A stretch of 64,000 nt of DNA from Malacoraja senta (taxonomy: Eukaryota). The notes below the pieces were generated by a model. The model searched no databases. It was not told the origin of the DNA and saw only the letters and a program-made list of their open reading frames with translations. Shown in pieces: positions 13,831 to 26,889 of the stretch. The translations under genes and the position numbers were made by a program. Where the stretch lies: NCBI GenBank assembly GCA_038087875.1, contig CM075996.1, positions 6,388,001-6,452,000 of the forward strand. Direction: 5' to 3'. Numbering within the stretch: the stretch's first letter is position 1; the number at the start of each line of letters is the position of its first letter.

Positions 13831-16800
13831 CTGTAGCACCTACAGTGTAACCCGCTCAGCCCCGAACGTGGGAACAGAAGCTTTGGAAGAGCAGCACCCT
13901 GGTAGTACTGCCCTCCCACTGCTCCGTTGTTCAATCCTGACCTGGGACACTGTCTGCCTGGAGTCTGCATGTTCCCCCTGTGAGCACGAGTGTTTCCCCC
14001 TCTGTTCAACCAGTTTCCATGCTCATCAAAAAAAAAAAGATGGTGGTGCAAGGAACCGCAGGTGTTGAAATCTAGAGTAAAACAGAAAGTGCTGGAGTAA
14101 CTCAGCAGGTTGGGCAGTACCTGTGGAACCTGAGGGGCAGCTTTTTCCACTCAGAGGGTGGTGGGCATATGGAATGAGCTGCCAGAGGAGGTAGTTGAGG
14201 CAGAAACGATAACAACATTTAAAAGGCATTTTGTCCACTAAGTAATAATAATAATAATGAATTTTATTTACGGGCGCCTTATACCGAGGTCTCAAGGACA
14301 CCTTACAGAGATTTATAGGAAACATATAATCAGAATTAAAAAAATAAGTTATAAAGACCAATACACAAATCAGGGACAGAATTCCTTCCAAAAACACAAA
14401 AAATAAAATCAGAAGCACAATTTGAGGAGAGAGCAGCGGCAACGAAACCGCGCCAGCGTCCACTCTCCCCTCCGACCGCCATCTTGAACACAGACTAACA
14501 AATACAATTACAAACAATTACATACAAAAATCATCCCCCCACAGTGATTTCCACTGTGGGGGAAGGCACAATGTCCAGTCCCCAGCCCCAGTTCACCCAA
14601 AAAAGTCAGGCCAAATGAGGCCCCCGCTATTGCCTTTACGGAGGCCCGATGATCCTGGCCGTTCTCGCCGGGTGATGTAGCCCCGGCGTCGGGAGAGTCC
14701 TCCAGCAGCTGGGCCACCTGGAACGGCCGCATCCCTCACCGGAGGCCACAACTACGGCTGGATGTACATCCAGTACATGGATAGGAAAAGTTTAGAAGGA
14801 TATGAGCCAAACGCGGGCAGGCGGGAGTAGTGTAGATGGGGCATCTTGGTGGGCATGGTCAAGCTGGGCCGAAGGGCCTGTTCTGTGCTGTATGACTCTA
14901 TGACTATGATCTAAAGCAGCCATTTTCCCGCGGAGTCACTCCAGCACTTTGCGTCTTTTTCTGTAAACTAGCACCTGCAGTTCCTTGAGGCTGCAGCCAT
15001 TTCTCTTATTGGTTCCTCAAAGCACAATACTAGAAAACCATCAGTCACGCGTTCCAAGAATTAATTCCCTGTTCATTTTTTTGGCCACTAATTTGGCTTG
15101 TGCCTGTCTGTGTGCAGCTTATAGTTGCCCATGGTTACCGTTGCAAACCCTCTAATTATCTGATCGAGGTCACACCCAGCTGATTTGAAGCCTTTGAATA
15201 ATACCCCAACATTGTTTTCTATCCTCTTTCTTAGTTCCATCCAAAAAGATTATAAATTGTACATCAGTGAAATATTCTGTGGGTTTAAGAAGGAAATATT
15301 CTGTGGGACTTGGACCATTTCTCACCACCCCCCCACCTTCTCCTTTACCCTTCTCCCCGAGTGTGAAAACGCACCTTGGCCACTCCCTCTTCTCCCCTCT
15401 CCCATCAGCCATGATCATATTGAATGGCGGTGCAGGCTCGAAGGGCCGAATGGCCTACTCCTGCACCTATTTTCTATGTATCTATGTATCTAGCAAAAGG
15501 TATAGAAGTGTGAAAACGCACACCTCCAGATTCAAGGACAGTTTCTTCCCAGCTGTTATCAGGCAACTGAACCATCCCACCACAACCAGAGAGCAGTGCT
15601 GAACCACTATCTACCTCATTAGTGACCCTCAGACTATCCTTGATCGGACTTTGCTGGCTTTACCTTGCACTAAACGTTATTCCCTTATCATGTACGCTGT
15701 GAGTGGCTCGATTGTAATCATGTATTGTCTTTCTGCTGACTGTTTACGATATGATACGATAGAACTTTATTTATCCCTGGTGGGAAATCGATCTGGCAAC
15801 AGTCATAAAAACACAAGATACATGAAAAAATGAAATTAAAGTGACCAGTGGAAAGGATTGGGGATGTGCAAAGATTGGGCGGGTGGGGGGTGGGGGAGGG
15901 GAGGAGGGGAGTCAGTCTCAGTCTACCCCACGACTGAAGAGGGACGAGTTGTACAGTTTGATAGCCACAGGGAAGAAGGATCTCCTGTGGCGTTCTGTAC
16001 TGCATCTTGGTGGAACCAGTCTGTTGCTGAAGGTGCTCCTCAGCGAGCAACAAAAGCTTTTCACTGTACCCCGGTACAAGTGACAATAAACTAAACTGAA
16101 TTACTGAAGTACCTTCCTTCCAAAGTGTTAAATATCCCTGAATTTCCATCTATGTATACCCTATGGTCGCTATCCTGGAAATTAAATTTATTTATTTTGA
16201 TTGATTTTGCTAAACCATCTAGTTACGTGCATTTAGTTATAACCTTTTTAATTTTTTGCCCTTTTAACTTTTTTCCATACGTTAACTTTTTTTAGGCTGG
16301 CTTCTGTTTCAGCAGTTGTTTCACTTGGCCTTCCTTGAGTCACGAACACCTGATTTATGGACAAGAAGATAGACACTGAAGATAGACCACGAAATGCTGG
16401 AGTAACTCAGAGGGACAGGCAGCGTCTCTGGAGAGAAGGAATGGGCGATGTTTCGGGTCGAGACCCTTCTGCAGACGCCCCTGTACATGCGAGTGTGTGT
16501 GTTGTCAGACGCGTGGGATGGATGGGGATGGAGCAGTGGTCTTTATGTCATATAGCCAAACAGCACGGAAACTGCGTAGGAAGGAACTGCAGATGCTGGT
16601 TTACACCGAAGATAGACACAAAATGCTGGAGTAACTCAGCGGGTCAGGCAGAGTCTCTGGAGAAAAGGAATAGGAGGCATTTCGGGTCTGAAGAAGTGTC
16701 TCGACGTGCAACGTCACCTATTCCTTTTCTCCAGAGAATGCTGCCTGAACCGCTGAGTTACTCCAGCCTTTCATGTCTATTAGCACGGAACCAGGCCCTT

Positions 16801-17248
16801 CGGTCCAACTCGTCCATGCCGACCAAGATGCCTCATCTGAGCCAGTCACATTTGTCTGTGTTTGGCCCATATCCCTCTAAACCTTTCCTATCCATGTACC
16901 TGTCCAAGTGTCTTATAAATTCTGTTATAATGTGCGCAAATTGATGGTCGGTGTGGACTTGATGAGTCGAAGGGCCTGTTTCCATTCTGTATCTCTAAAC
17001 TAAACTTTTCCCCCTCTCATCTTAAACCTCTTGTACTTGTAGTTGATCCCTTTACCCTGGGTAACAGACCCTGTGCATTCACCCTATCTAATCCTCTCAT
17101 GATTTTATACACCTCTATAAGATCACCCCTCCAAGGAATCCTAGCCTGCCCAACCTCTCATATATATTTATAACCCAGACCCTCGGGCGCTGGCAACATC
17201 CTCGTAAATCTTCACTTCACTTCTTTGTGGTCAGAGAAGGTAGACTAA

Positions 17249-17478
17249 AGGGCCTGTCCCACTTGGCGATTTTTTTCGGCGACTGCCGGCATCATTGACT
17301 GACGTATCAGGTCACCAAAAAATTCCCGGCGTTGTTCGGTGGTGGCACGCGGTGTTTTTTTCAAGAGCCGCAACATTTTTTTTTGTCGCCGCTGGATTTC
17401 GAAATGTTCGAAATCTTTTGGCGACACTGATATGACGCTGGCAGTCGCCGACAAAAATCGCCAAGTGGGACAGGCCCT
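17249..17478. mobile_element. Harbinger/PIF-type MITE
   Basis: TIR AGGGCCTGTCCCACTTGGCGATTTTT / AAAAATCGCCAAGTGGGACAGGCCCT with TAA/TA flanks; non-coding interior. Confidence 0.85.
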
Positions 17479-18239
17479 TACACCTCGCCGGTAGGCACGG
17501 TGAATAAACATACTTGTCACCTGGCCGGGATGCAGAATAATGATATTCAACTCTTTGGAGGTGATGTTACTCTGTGCGGGCGTGTACTGTCATAAATAAA
17601 GCACTAGGGAGGGGATTATCGGCTGCTATTGAATTGAATAATTTAATTTTTTAATTTTTGAAATTCTTTGCTTGCGCACACAAGGTATGTAAATAGTCGC
17701 CATCTAAAGGGCGCTGACAAAGTTACAAAGTATTCCGCACCAGGTCTTCCTTTGTTCTCCCCCTCCCCCCCTCATGGTGGTCCCCCTATGCCGGGTACCC
17801 CTTTGTTCTTCCTCCCCCCGCCCCTCCCTCACAGCCGTTCTCCCGCTGCACCGCTGTGGCCTGCTGTGGGGCTGTAGACACCTTCTGTCAGGTGGGCACA
17901 GGCAATTTCCGAGTGCCTTCTCTCCACCCTCCCCTCCCCTTCCACCCGGCAACTGAGCCACTACTCCTGGGTGCTGGGTGGAGCCAAGCAGACCAGATGC
18001 ACTTGATCACTCCCCAAGTCAGTGAGGCCAGCTCTCCCCGCGCCTGCTCGCTCTCCCCCCCCCCCACCTCCGTCCCTCCGATCTGTTCCGGCAGGTGATA
18101 CATAAGCAGCAGGCTCAAGAATAATTCCTTCCCCGCTGATATCAGACTCTTGAACGGACCTGTCGTAGTCTAAGATGGACGCAAAATGCTGGAGTAACTC
18201 AGCGGGTCAGACAGCATCTCCGGAGTGAAGGAATAAGTC

Positions 18240-18312
18240 GACGGCGTGGCCGAGCGGTCTAAGGCGCTGGTTTAAGGCTCCGATCTCATGGGTTCGAATC
18301 CCACCACTGCCA
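18240..18312 (+). pseudogene. tRNA-Leu(AAG)-derived pseudogene
   Basis: GCGTGGCCGAGCGGTCTAAGGCGCTGG-TTAAGGCTCC...GGGTTCGAATCCCACC.CTGCCA matches vertebrate tRNA-Leu. The long variable arm is deleted and the acceptor and anticodon stems are mismatched. Confidence 0.75.
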
Positions 18313-19184
18313 TCATTTTGATTAGTACAGGGGTTACGGGCAGAAACAGGAGAATGGGGTTAGGAGGGAAGAGATAGATCAGCCATGATTGAATGGCATA
18401 GGTACACAAAAATGCTGGAGAAACTCAGCGGGTGCAGCAGCATCTATGGAGCGAAGGAAATGGGTAACGTTTCGGGCCGAACCCCTTCTTTAGATGAATG
18501 GCATAGGTTTGATGGGCCGAATGGCCTAATTCTGCTCCTATCACTTATGGTGACATATCGAGCTTTATGTGTCGATCTATCTTTGTATTAAACCACCATC
18601 TGCAGTTCCTTCCTGACTTCCTGTCGTAATAAGGATGTCTCAGCAATCTTACAATCTACCTCATTGCGTCACTCACACTTATTTTTATCTGCAGTTTCCT
18701 TGTAACTGCAACATTACATTCTGTACTCTGTTTATTTTCTCTTTTGCATTGAAGCATGTTATGATTAGCCTGATTAGCACGCAGGCCCAAGCTTTTCACT
18801 GCCTCAGTGAACGTGACAATAAAAATACGATACCAAAACCAAGCCTCCCCACCCTACACTATCTGCTATAGTTCAGTTTAGAGAGACAGCACAGAAACAG
18901 GCCCTTCAGCCCATCGAGTCCGTGCCGACCATCGATCACTCGTTCACACTAGTTCTATGCTATCCCACTTTCTCAACCAATTTTGCAAAGACCAATTGAC
19001 CTACAATTGTGTGCAGTTTTGGTCTCCAAATTTATTGAGTGCAGTTTTGGTCTCCAAATTTGCAGAAGGACATTCTTGCTATTGAGGGAGTGCAGCATAG
19101 GTTCACAAGGTTAATTCCCGTGATGGCGGGACTGTCATATGCTGAGAGAATGGAGCGGCTGGGTTTGTACACTCTGGAATTTAT

Positions 19185-21265
19185 ATACTCTTGTCAAAGC
19201 TGTTTTTATGTCTGGCTGTGGCAGCTTCGACAGTCTGGAGTCGCTTTCCAGAGGGAAGTGATTCAAAGAGTTTGTGGCCAGGGCGAGAGGGGTCAGAGAT
19301 GATCTTGCCTGCTCGCTTCCTGGCCCTTGCAGTGTACAGTTCATCAATGGAGGGAAGGTTGCAGCCAATAACCTTCTCTGCTGATCAGACGATTCGCTGC
19401 AGCCTCCAGGTGTCGTGCTTGGTGGCTGAGCCAAACCAGACCATGATGGAGAAGGTGAGGACAGACTCTACGATGGCCGTGTAGAATTGGACCATCATTG
19501 CCTGTGGCAGATTGTGCTTCCCCAGCTGCCGCAGGAAGTACATCCTCTGTTGGGCCTTTTTGACTGTGGAGTCGATGGTAGCCCCGCACTTAAGGTCCTT
19601 GGAGATGATGGTTCCCAGGAACTTAAAAGACTCCACAGATGTGACTGTGGTGTTGTTGATGGTGAGTGGGGTGGGGGGGAGCTCTCCTAAAGTCAACAAT
19701 CAATTCCACTGTCTCAAGAGCATTGAGCTCCAGGTTGTTGCTACGGCACCAGGACGCCAGCTGTTACACTTCCTGTCTGTTGGCAGATTCCTCCCCATCC
19801 TGGATCAGTCCAATCAGGGTTGTGTCGTCCGCAGACTTGAGAAGCTTGACAGAGGAGTCAGTGGAGGTGCAGTCATTGGTGTAGAGGAGCGGGGAGAGAA
19901 CGCAGCCTTGCGGTGCTCCTATGCTGAATGTTTGCAGGTCCGAGATGTGCTTTCCCAGCCTCACATGCTGCTTCCTGTCTGTCAGGAAGCTGGTGATCCA
20001 CTGACAGAGGGGTTCAGGCACAGTCAACTCGGAAAGTTTGGAGTGCAGTAGCTCTGGCACAATGGTGTTAGAAAGCAGAGCTAAAATCAACAAACAGGAT
20101 CCTCGCATAGGTCCCTGGCGGTCTAGGTGCTGTAGGATGAAGTGCAGGCCCAGGTTGACTGCATCATCCACAGATCTATTGGCCCGATATGCAAACTGCA
20201 GAGGGTCCAGCAGGGAGTTTGTGATATTTTTCAGCTTGGCCAGCACAAGCCTTTCAAGAGTCTTCATGACTACAGAGGTCAGTGCGACAGGCCTGTAGTC
20301 ATTAAGACCAGTAATCCTTGCCTTTTTGGGTACAGGGACAATCGTGGAGACTTTGAAGCAGGCAGGGACAGTACAGGTTTGCAGGGACTGGTTAAAAATG
20401 TCTGTGTAGACCGGTGCCAGTTGTTCGACACAGGGCTTGAGAGTAGAGGGGGGAAACATTGTCCGGTCCTGGAGATTTCCAGCTTTTCTGTCTTCTGAAA
20501 AGCCTCTCCACCTCCTCTATTTTTACTGTTGATGATGGAGAAGTGATGTTGTTCAGCACAGAGGGAGTGGGTAATTGGGTGTGAAGTGGTGATTGGAGAG
20601 GGGTGGGTGTAGAAGGGCCCAGTCTTTGCAGACTGAGGTCAGGCTGTGAGTGGGTGTGAAGTGTTGTTTGGGGTGGGAAAGGGTCTAATCTTTTCAGACT
20701 GGAGTCTTGCTTTAGGTAGGTGTGAAGTGGTGAATGGGGAGGAGTGGGTGCAGAAGGGTCCATTCTTTGCAGACTGGGGTCTGGCTGTGTTTGTTGGGGA
20801 GTGGGGGAGGAGGTACCAGGGTTACGTTCCTGCTTGTCAAACCTGCAGTAGAACTCATTCAGGTCGTTGGTCCAAATTGTCCAAAGAGTGGGGGGCTTTC
20901 CTCTTGCAGCTGGTGATTTCTTGCAAACCCTTGCAAACAGAAGAGTCACTAGCTGAGAACTTGCTCCTCAACTTCTCAGAGTTCCTTGGCAGCTCTGATT
21001 CCTCTTCTCAGCTTGTACTTAGCCTGCCTGTAGAGATCTGCATTCCCGCTCCTGTAGGCCTCCTCTTTAGACCGTCGGAGCTGTCTGAGTTCTGCAGTGA
21101 ACCAGGGGTTGTTGTTGTTGAACCAGGTCCGGGTCCTAGTTGGAATACAACTGTCCTCACAAAAGCTGACATATGATGATACAGTGTCTGTATACTCATC
21201 GAGGCTTGTGGTTGCTTCCTTGAACACATTCCAATCCGTGCAGTCAAAGCAGGATTGTAGGTTCT
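19185..21265 (-). mobile_element. Rex1/Babar-like LINE (degenerate RT) nested in a CR1
   Basis: [29 protein letters not shown], (S)ADDT and FKFLG. CR1 sequence flanks it at 19008-19183 and 21275-21700. Confidence 0.92.
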
Positions 21266-21274
21266 CAAATATCT

Positions 21275-21700
21275 CAATCTTATTGAAACATATAAGCTTA
21301 TTAAGGGTTTGGAGTTTGGAGGGTTATTGGGCCAATAGATCTGTGGATAACGCTAGAGGCAGGAAACATGTTCCCAATGTTGGGGGAGTCCAGAACCAGG
21401 GGCCACAGTTTAAGAATAAGGGGTAGGCCATTTGGAACGGAGATGAGGAAACACTTTTTCTCACAGAGAGTTGTGAGTCTGTGGAATTCTCTGCCTCAGA
21501 GGGTGGTGGAGGCCGGTTCTCTGGATACTTTCAAGAGAGAGCTAGATAGGACTCTTAAAGATAGCGGAGTCAGGGGATATGGGGAAAAGGCAGGAACGGG
21601 GTACTGATTGTGGATGATCAGCCATGATCACATTGAATGGCGTTGCTGGCTCGAAGGGCCGAATGGCCTACTCCTGCACCTATTGTCTATCGTCTATTGA
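21275..21700 (+). mobile_element. CR1 LINE 3' portion
   Basis: RTRGHSL..RVVSLWNSLP and a 3' UTR ending in (CTATTGT)-like repeats. Confidence 0.88.
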
Positions 21701-22774
21701 CTATAAACCTACAAACCTCTCCAGCCACACTTTCATCTGCCCTGTCCTATCTGTGCTTTTTTTACCACATGACATTGGGAATAACCCTGAGATTATTATT
21801 ATCGATCCTGACTGTGTGGAGTTTGCACGTATGTTTTTGTACGTTTTCAGGTCGAGACCCTTCTTCAGACTGTCTGAAGAAGGGTCTCGACCCGAAACGT
21901 CACCCATTCCTTCTATCTAGAGATGCTGCCTGTCCCGCTGAGTTACTCCAGCTTTTGTGTCTACTGCCCATAATCAGCTCCCTTGTGCCCACTGGTGGTG
22001 AATGGTGGAATAGCATCTGTGAAAGGCGACTGGGAAAAGCTTGGATCATAGTTTTCATATAGTTTAGAGATGCAGCGCGGAAACAGACCTTCAGCCTCCC
22101 GAGTTCGCACCGACCAGCCATCCCTGCACACTAACACTATTCTGCACACACTAGGGATAATTTTTACATTTATACCAAGCCAATTAACCTACAAACCTGT
22201 ACGTCTTCGGACGTGTGGGAGGAAAGCGAAGATCTCGGAGAAAAGCCACGCGGTACAGACAGCGCCTGTAGTCGGGATCGAACCCGGGTCTCTGGCGCTG
22301 TGAGGCTGCGCCACCTGTAATCTGAGACTCGTGTCTAACACTGTCTATAATCAGCTCCCTTGTGCCCACTGCTGGTGAATGGCAGAATAGCATCTGTTCA
22401 AGGTGACTGGCAAAAGGTTGGATCTGATGACTTAGAGCCCAAATGTATTTGACCTCACAGGCCAAAGCAATGTGATCTTTCTGCAAACGGATTCTGCAAC
22501 AGAATCAAGGGATATTGGGGAGAAAACCAGAACGGGGTATGGATTTTGGATGATCAGCCATGATCATATTAAAAGGGGGTGCTGGCTCGAAGGGCCGAAT
22601 GGCCTCCTCCTGCACTTATTTTCTACGTTTCTATGTTTTCTAACCTTTACTTGGGTCAGGACACAATGCAAGCGTTGCCTGAGAGTTTGGGCATATAGAT
22701 ATTGAGATATTGAGGATTCATGATCTGTTAGCCAGCAGAGATCTGTATGAAGGAGCTGCAGACGCTGGTTTATT

Positions 22775-24720
22775 ATTATTATTTTTTAAATATAATTTTT
22801 ATTAGAAGCATGTGCATATCATAATACAAACATTTCTTATATATCAATCCTACGTTGCTAATAGGTGGGAATACAGCTATCAAAATAATAGTGGTCCTTT
22901 ATCAGTTGTATATTAACTCTGCTTCTATTTCGTTTTTTTTTATAGATAGAAAGTGAGAAATAAAAAAAAGGGCATGATAAAGAAGAATTTACCAATAATA
23001 CAACTTTGGAGATAGGTCCGTAAGTTATTATTATTTTTTAATTTTTAATTTTATTTATTAGAAGTACATTAAATTACAAACAATTACATTAGTGCACATC
23101 ACGTATATCTTATTACAATTAATGTGCTCCTTCATTTTTTAAAGATATATTTTTTAAAAAGGTTGAAATTGAGAAGAAAGAGAAAGTGAAAGAAAATAGT
23201 GTTAGTGTAAAAGCGTGTCAAAAGGAAAGAATAAAGACCCTGTAGACGAGAAATTAGAGAAAGGAGATTAAGAGATAGACCCGAGGAAAGAAAAAAGAGA
23301 AAGAAGAAAAAAGAGAAAAACAGACTCTATTATGAACATCGCCACCTTTCATCCCCCTTTACCAAGTCCTGACATCGGTACCTTTTTAAAGTACTGTTGC
23401 ACCTTATGCTTGTAGTAATTCTATAAATGAAGACTACGTCCTATAGAAGTGATCTGATTTGCCTGCCAGGAGGAGTCTTATCTCTTCCAGGTGTAATGTT
23501 TCAAACATATTTGAAATCCACATGTTTATAGTTGGTGGCCGATTAGGAAATGGGGAGATGCAGCGAGACCTAGGTGTCATGGTACACCAGTCATTGAAAG
23601 TAGGCATGCAGGTGCAGCAGGCAGTGAAGAAAGCGAATGGTATGTTAGCTTTCATAGCAAAAGGATTTGAGTATAGGAGCAGGGAGGTTCTACTGCAGTT
23701 GTACAGGGTCTTGGTGAGACCACACCTGGAGTATTGCGTACAGTTTTGGTCTCCAAATCTGAGGAAGGACATTATAGCCATAGAGGGAGTGCAGAGAAGG
23801 TTCACCAGACTGATTCCTGGGATGTCAGGACTTTCATATGAAGAAAGACTGGATAGACTTGGCTTATACTCGTTAGAATTTAGGAGGTTGAGAGGGGATC
23901 TTATAGAAACGTACAACATTCTTATGGGGTTGGACAGGCTAGATGCAGGAAGATTGTTCCCGATGTTGGGGAAGTCCAGGACAAGGGGTCACAGCTTAAG
24001 GATAAGGGGGAAATCCTTTAAGACCTAGATGAGGAAAAACTTTTTCACTCAGAGAGTGGTGAATCTCTGGAACTCTCTGCCACAGAGGGTAGTTGAGGCC
24101 AGTTCATTGGCTATATTTAAGAGGGAGTTAGATGTGGCCCTTGTGGCTAAGGGGATCAGGGGGTATGGAGAGAAGGCAGGTACGGGATACTGAGTTGGAT
24201 GATCAGCCATGATCATATTGAATGGCGGTGCAGGCTCGAAGGGCCGAATGGCCTACTCCTGCACCTATTTTCTATGTATCTATCTATGTATCTATGTATA
24301 GGAGCATTTTTCCAGAATTTTAGGATAAGCTTTTTTCCAGTTATTAACCCGTAATCAAATAGGTTCTTTTGAAACACATTTAGTTCAGGGCTACCTTCCG
24401 TTGTTCCAAAGATAATCCGTTCTGCTTTTGGTATCAGTTTTATTTTAAATAATTTTGTAAAGATTTCAAAAATTTCAATCCAAAATTTTTGAATTTTTGT
24501 ACAAAAAACAAATGAATGCGCTATAGTAGCTTCTTGAGACTGACATTTATCACGGATAGGTGATACGTTGGGAAAAAGTTTACTAATTTTGTTTTTTGAG
24601 TAATATAATCTGTGCAAAATTTTGAATTGAATTAAAGTGTGTCTTACATTAATCCGTAAATTATAAAGCATAACTATTCATCTAATCCTGAGCTCCAATT
24701 TACCCTTTCAAAAAATCAAT
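22775..24720 (-). mobile_element. L1-clade LINE 3' end (ORF2 C-terminus and 3' UTR), split by a CR1
   Basis: LIQFKILHRLY..DKC..ATIAHSFVFC.KIQKFW..LILKFWKNAPI|PTINMWISNM: the cysteine-rich L1 C-terminus is continuous across the CR1 insertion. Confidence 0.85.
23537..24297 (+). mobile_element. CR1 LINE, 5'-truncated, inserted antisense into L1
   Basis: RDLGVMVH..KKANGML..RPHLEYCVQFWSP..; 3' tail (CTATGTAT)n. Confidence 0.93.
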
Positions 24721-25397
24721 AAATGGAGACCATGCAGAGGCTGGTTTAAACCAAAGATAGACACAAAATGCTGGAGTAACTCAGCGGGACAGGCAGCATC
24801 TCTGGAGAGAAGGAATGGGTGACATTTGGGGTCGAGACCCTTCTTCACCGATTTCTTCTCTCCAGAGATGCTGCCTGTCCCGCTGAGTTACTCCAGCTTT
24901 TTGTGTCTGTCAGACAGCAGAGTCTTCACGTCCAGGAACAGGGTGGCACGATGGGGCACTATCTGTCTGTATCTCTCTATCTGTCTCTCAGCTCTCTTGA
25001 CCTCTCTTCCTCTCATTTAATCTATCCCTCTCTGTTTTTCTCTCTCTCTATCCAGTATCTCTACACTGTGGACGGCTCGATTGTAATCACTTATAGTCTT
25101 TCCGCTGACTGGTTAGCACACAACAAGTTAGCTTTTCACTGTACCTCGGTGCACGTGACAATTAACTAAACTGAACTATCTCTCTCATCTATCTATTTTT
25201 CTTTCTGCCTGTCCCATCTCCATTTCCATGCCGCATGTTAAACTCTGCATAACAGTGGCCTCACTTACTGATTTAATCTAAGTGTGACTGCAGGTTAATC
25301 CGATTAAAAGCCTCTATGGTGGTATGGTGGCGCAGCGGTAGAGTTGCTGCCTTGCAGCGCCGGAGACCCGGGTTCGATCCCGACTGCGGGTGCTGTC

Positions 25398-26100
25398 TGT
25401 ACGGAGTTTGTATGTCCGATGCAGCAGGCAGTGAAGAAAGCGAATGGTATGTTGGCTTTCATAGCAAAAGGATTTGAGTATAGGAGCAGGGAGGTTCTAC
25501 TGCAGTTGTACAGGGTCTTGGTGAGACCACACCTGGAGTATTGCGTACAGTTTTGGTCTCCAAATCTGAGGAAGGACATTATTGCCATAGAGGGAGTGCA
25601 GAGAAGGTTCACCAGACTGATTCCTGGGATGTCAGGACTGTCTTATGAAGAAAGACTGGATAGACTTGGTTTATACTCTCTAGAATTTAGGAGATTGAGA
25701 GGGGATCTTATAGAAACTTACTAAAATCCTTAAGGGGTTGGACAGGCTAGATGCAGGAAGATTGCTCCCGATGTTGGGGAAGTCCAGGACAAGGGGTCAC
25801 AGCTTAAGGATAAGGGGGAAATCCTTTAAAACCGAGATGAGAAGAACTTTTTTCACACAGAGAGTGGTGAATCTCTGGAACTCTCTGCCACAGAGGGTAG
25901 TCGAGGCCAGTTCATTGGCTAAATTTAAGAGGGAGTTAGATGTGGCCCTTGTGGCTAAAGGGATCAGAGGGTATGGAGAGAAGGCAGGTACGGGATACTG
26001 AGTTGGATGATCAGCCATGATCATATTGAATGGCGGTGCAGGCTCGAAGGGCCGAATGGCCTACTCCTGCACCTAATTTCTATGTTTCTATGTTTCTATG
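25398..26100 (+). mobile_element. CR1 LINE 3' fragment inserted in a SINE
   Basis: CR1 C-terminal motifs and (TTCTATGT)n tail. The SINE head is at 25320-25395 and the SINE resumes at about 26103. Confidence 0.9.
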
Positions 26101-26439
26101 ATATCTTTGGTTTCCTCCCATTCTCCAAAAACGTTATGAAGGTTAATTGGCTTGGTGTACGTGCGGGGAAAGCCGAAGCTGTGTCTCTACACTAAAACCT
26201 GAACCTCCTGACACATTACTAAACGTGATTTTAATCAGCCTTTCATCTGAGCAAGGACACCCTGCTTTTTCCCTAAAAAAATAGAACAATAAACCAGAAC
26301 ATTATATTAAATTATATTTATGACAGGGCGACACAGTGGTGCAGTTGGTAGAGCTGCTGCCACACAGAACAGAGCTTCCACACAGAGTGTGCTGCTACAC
26401 GCCCTTCAAGTTCACATTTATTGTCACAAGCACCAATTA

Positions 26440-26858
26440 AGAGAATCTTCAATCTGTCTCTATCTCTGGCAACGGTCCCCAAGTGCCTGAAAACAGCCAC
26501 CATAGTGCCGGTGCCGAAAAAGTCCAAAGTCACCAACCTGAACGACTACCGCCCGGTTGCCCTAACATCCAATCCCAATGAAGTGCTTCGAGTTTCCCAC
26601 GGGAAGTTACAAAAATTATCAGCGATAATATGAAAATTGAAAACTTTCATAATCGCAGTTCAAAATGTTTGATTAAAAACTGGGGAAATTCCATGTTTAG
26701 CCTCATGAGGAGAATGTGGCCCTTCTCCACATCTGTTAGCTGCTCGATGACAGTATGTTTTATCAATCTCCAATTCCTACATCATATCTCTGGTTTAACA
26801 CGCTGTATTAACATGATATGAATGAATCAATAAATATACCACACGCTATTTATGGGGG

Positions 26859-26889
<31 letters not shown>

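Noticed and set aside
17507..17545. Weak resemblance to the U1 snRNA 5' end
   Set aside because: Similarity is limited to about 15 gapped nucleotides, with no U1 stem-loops or Sm site.
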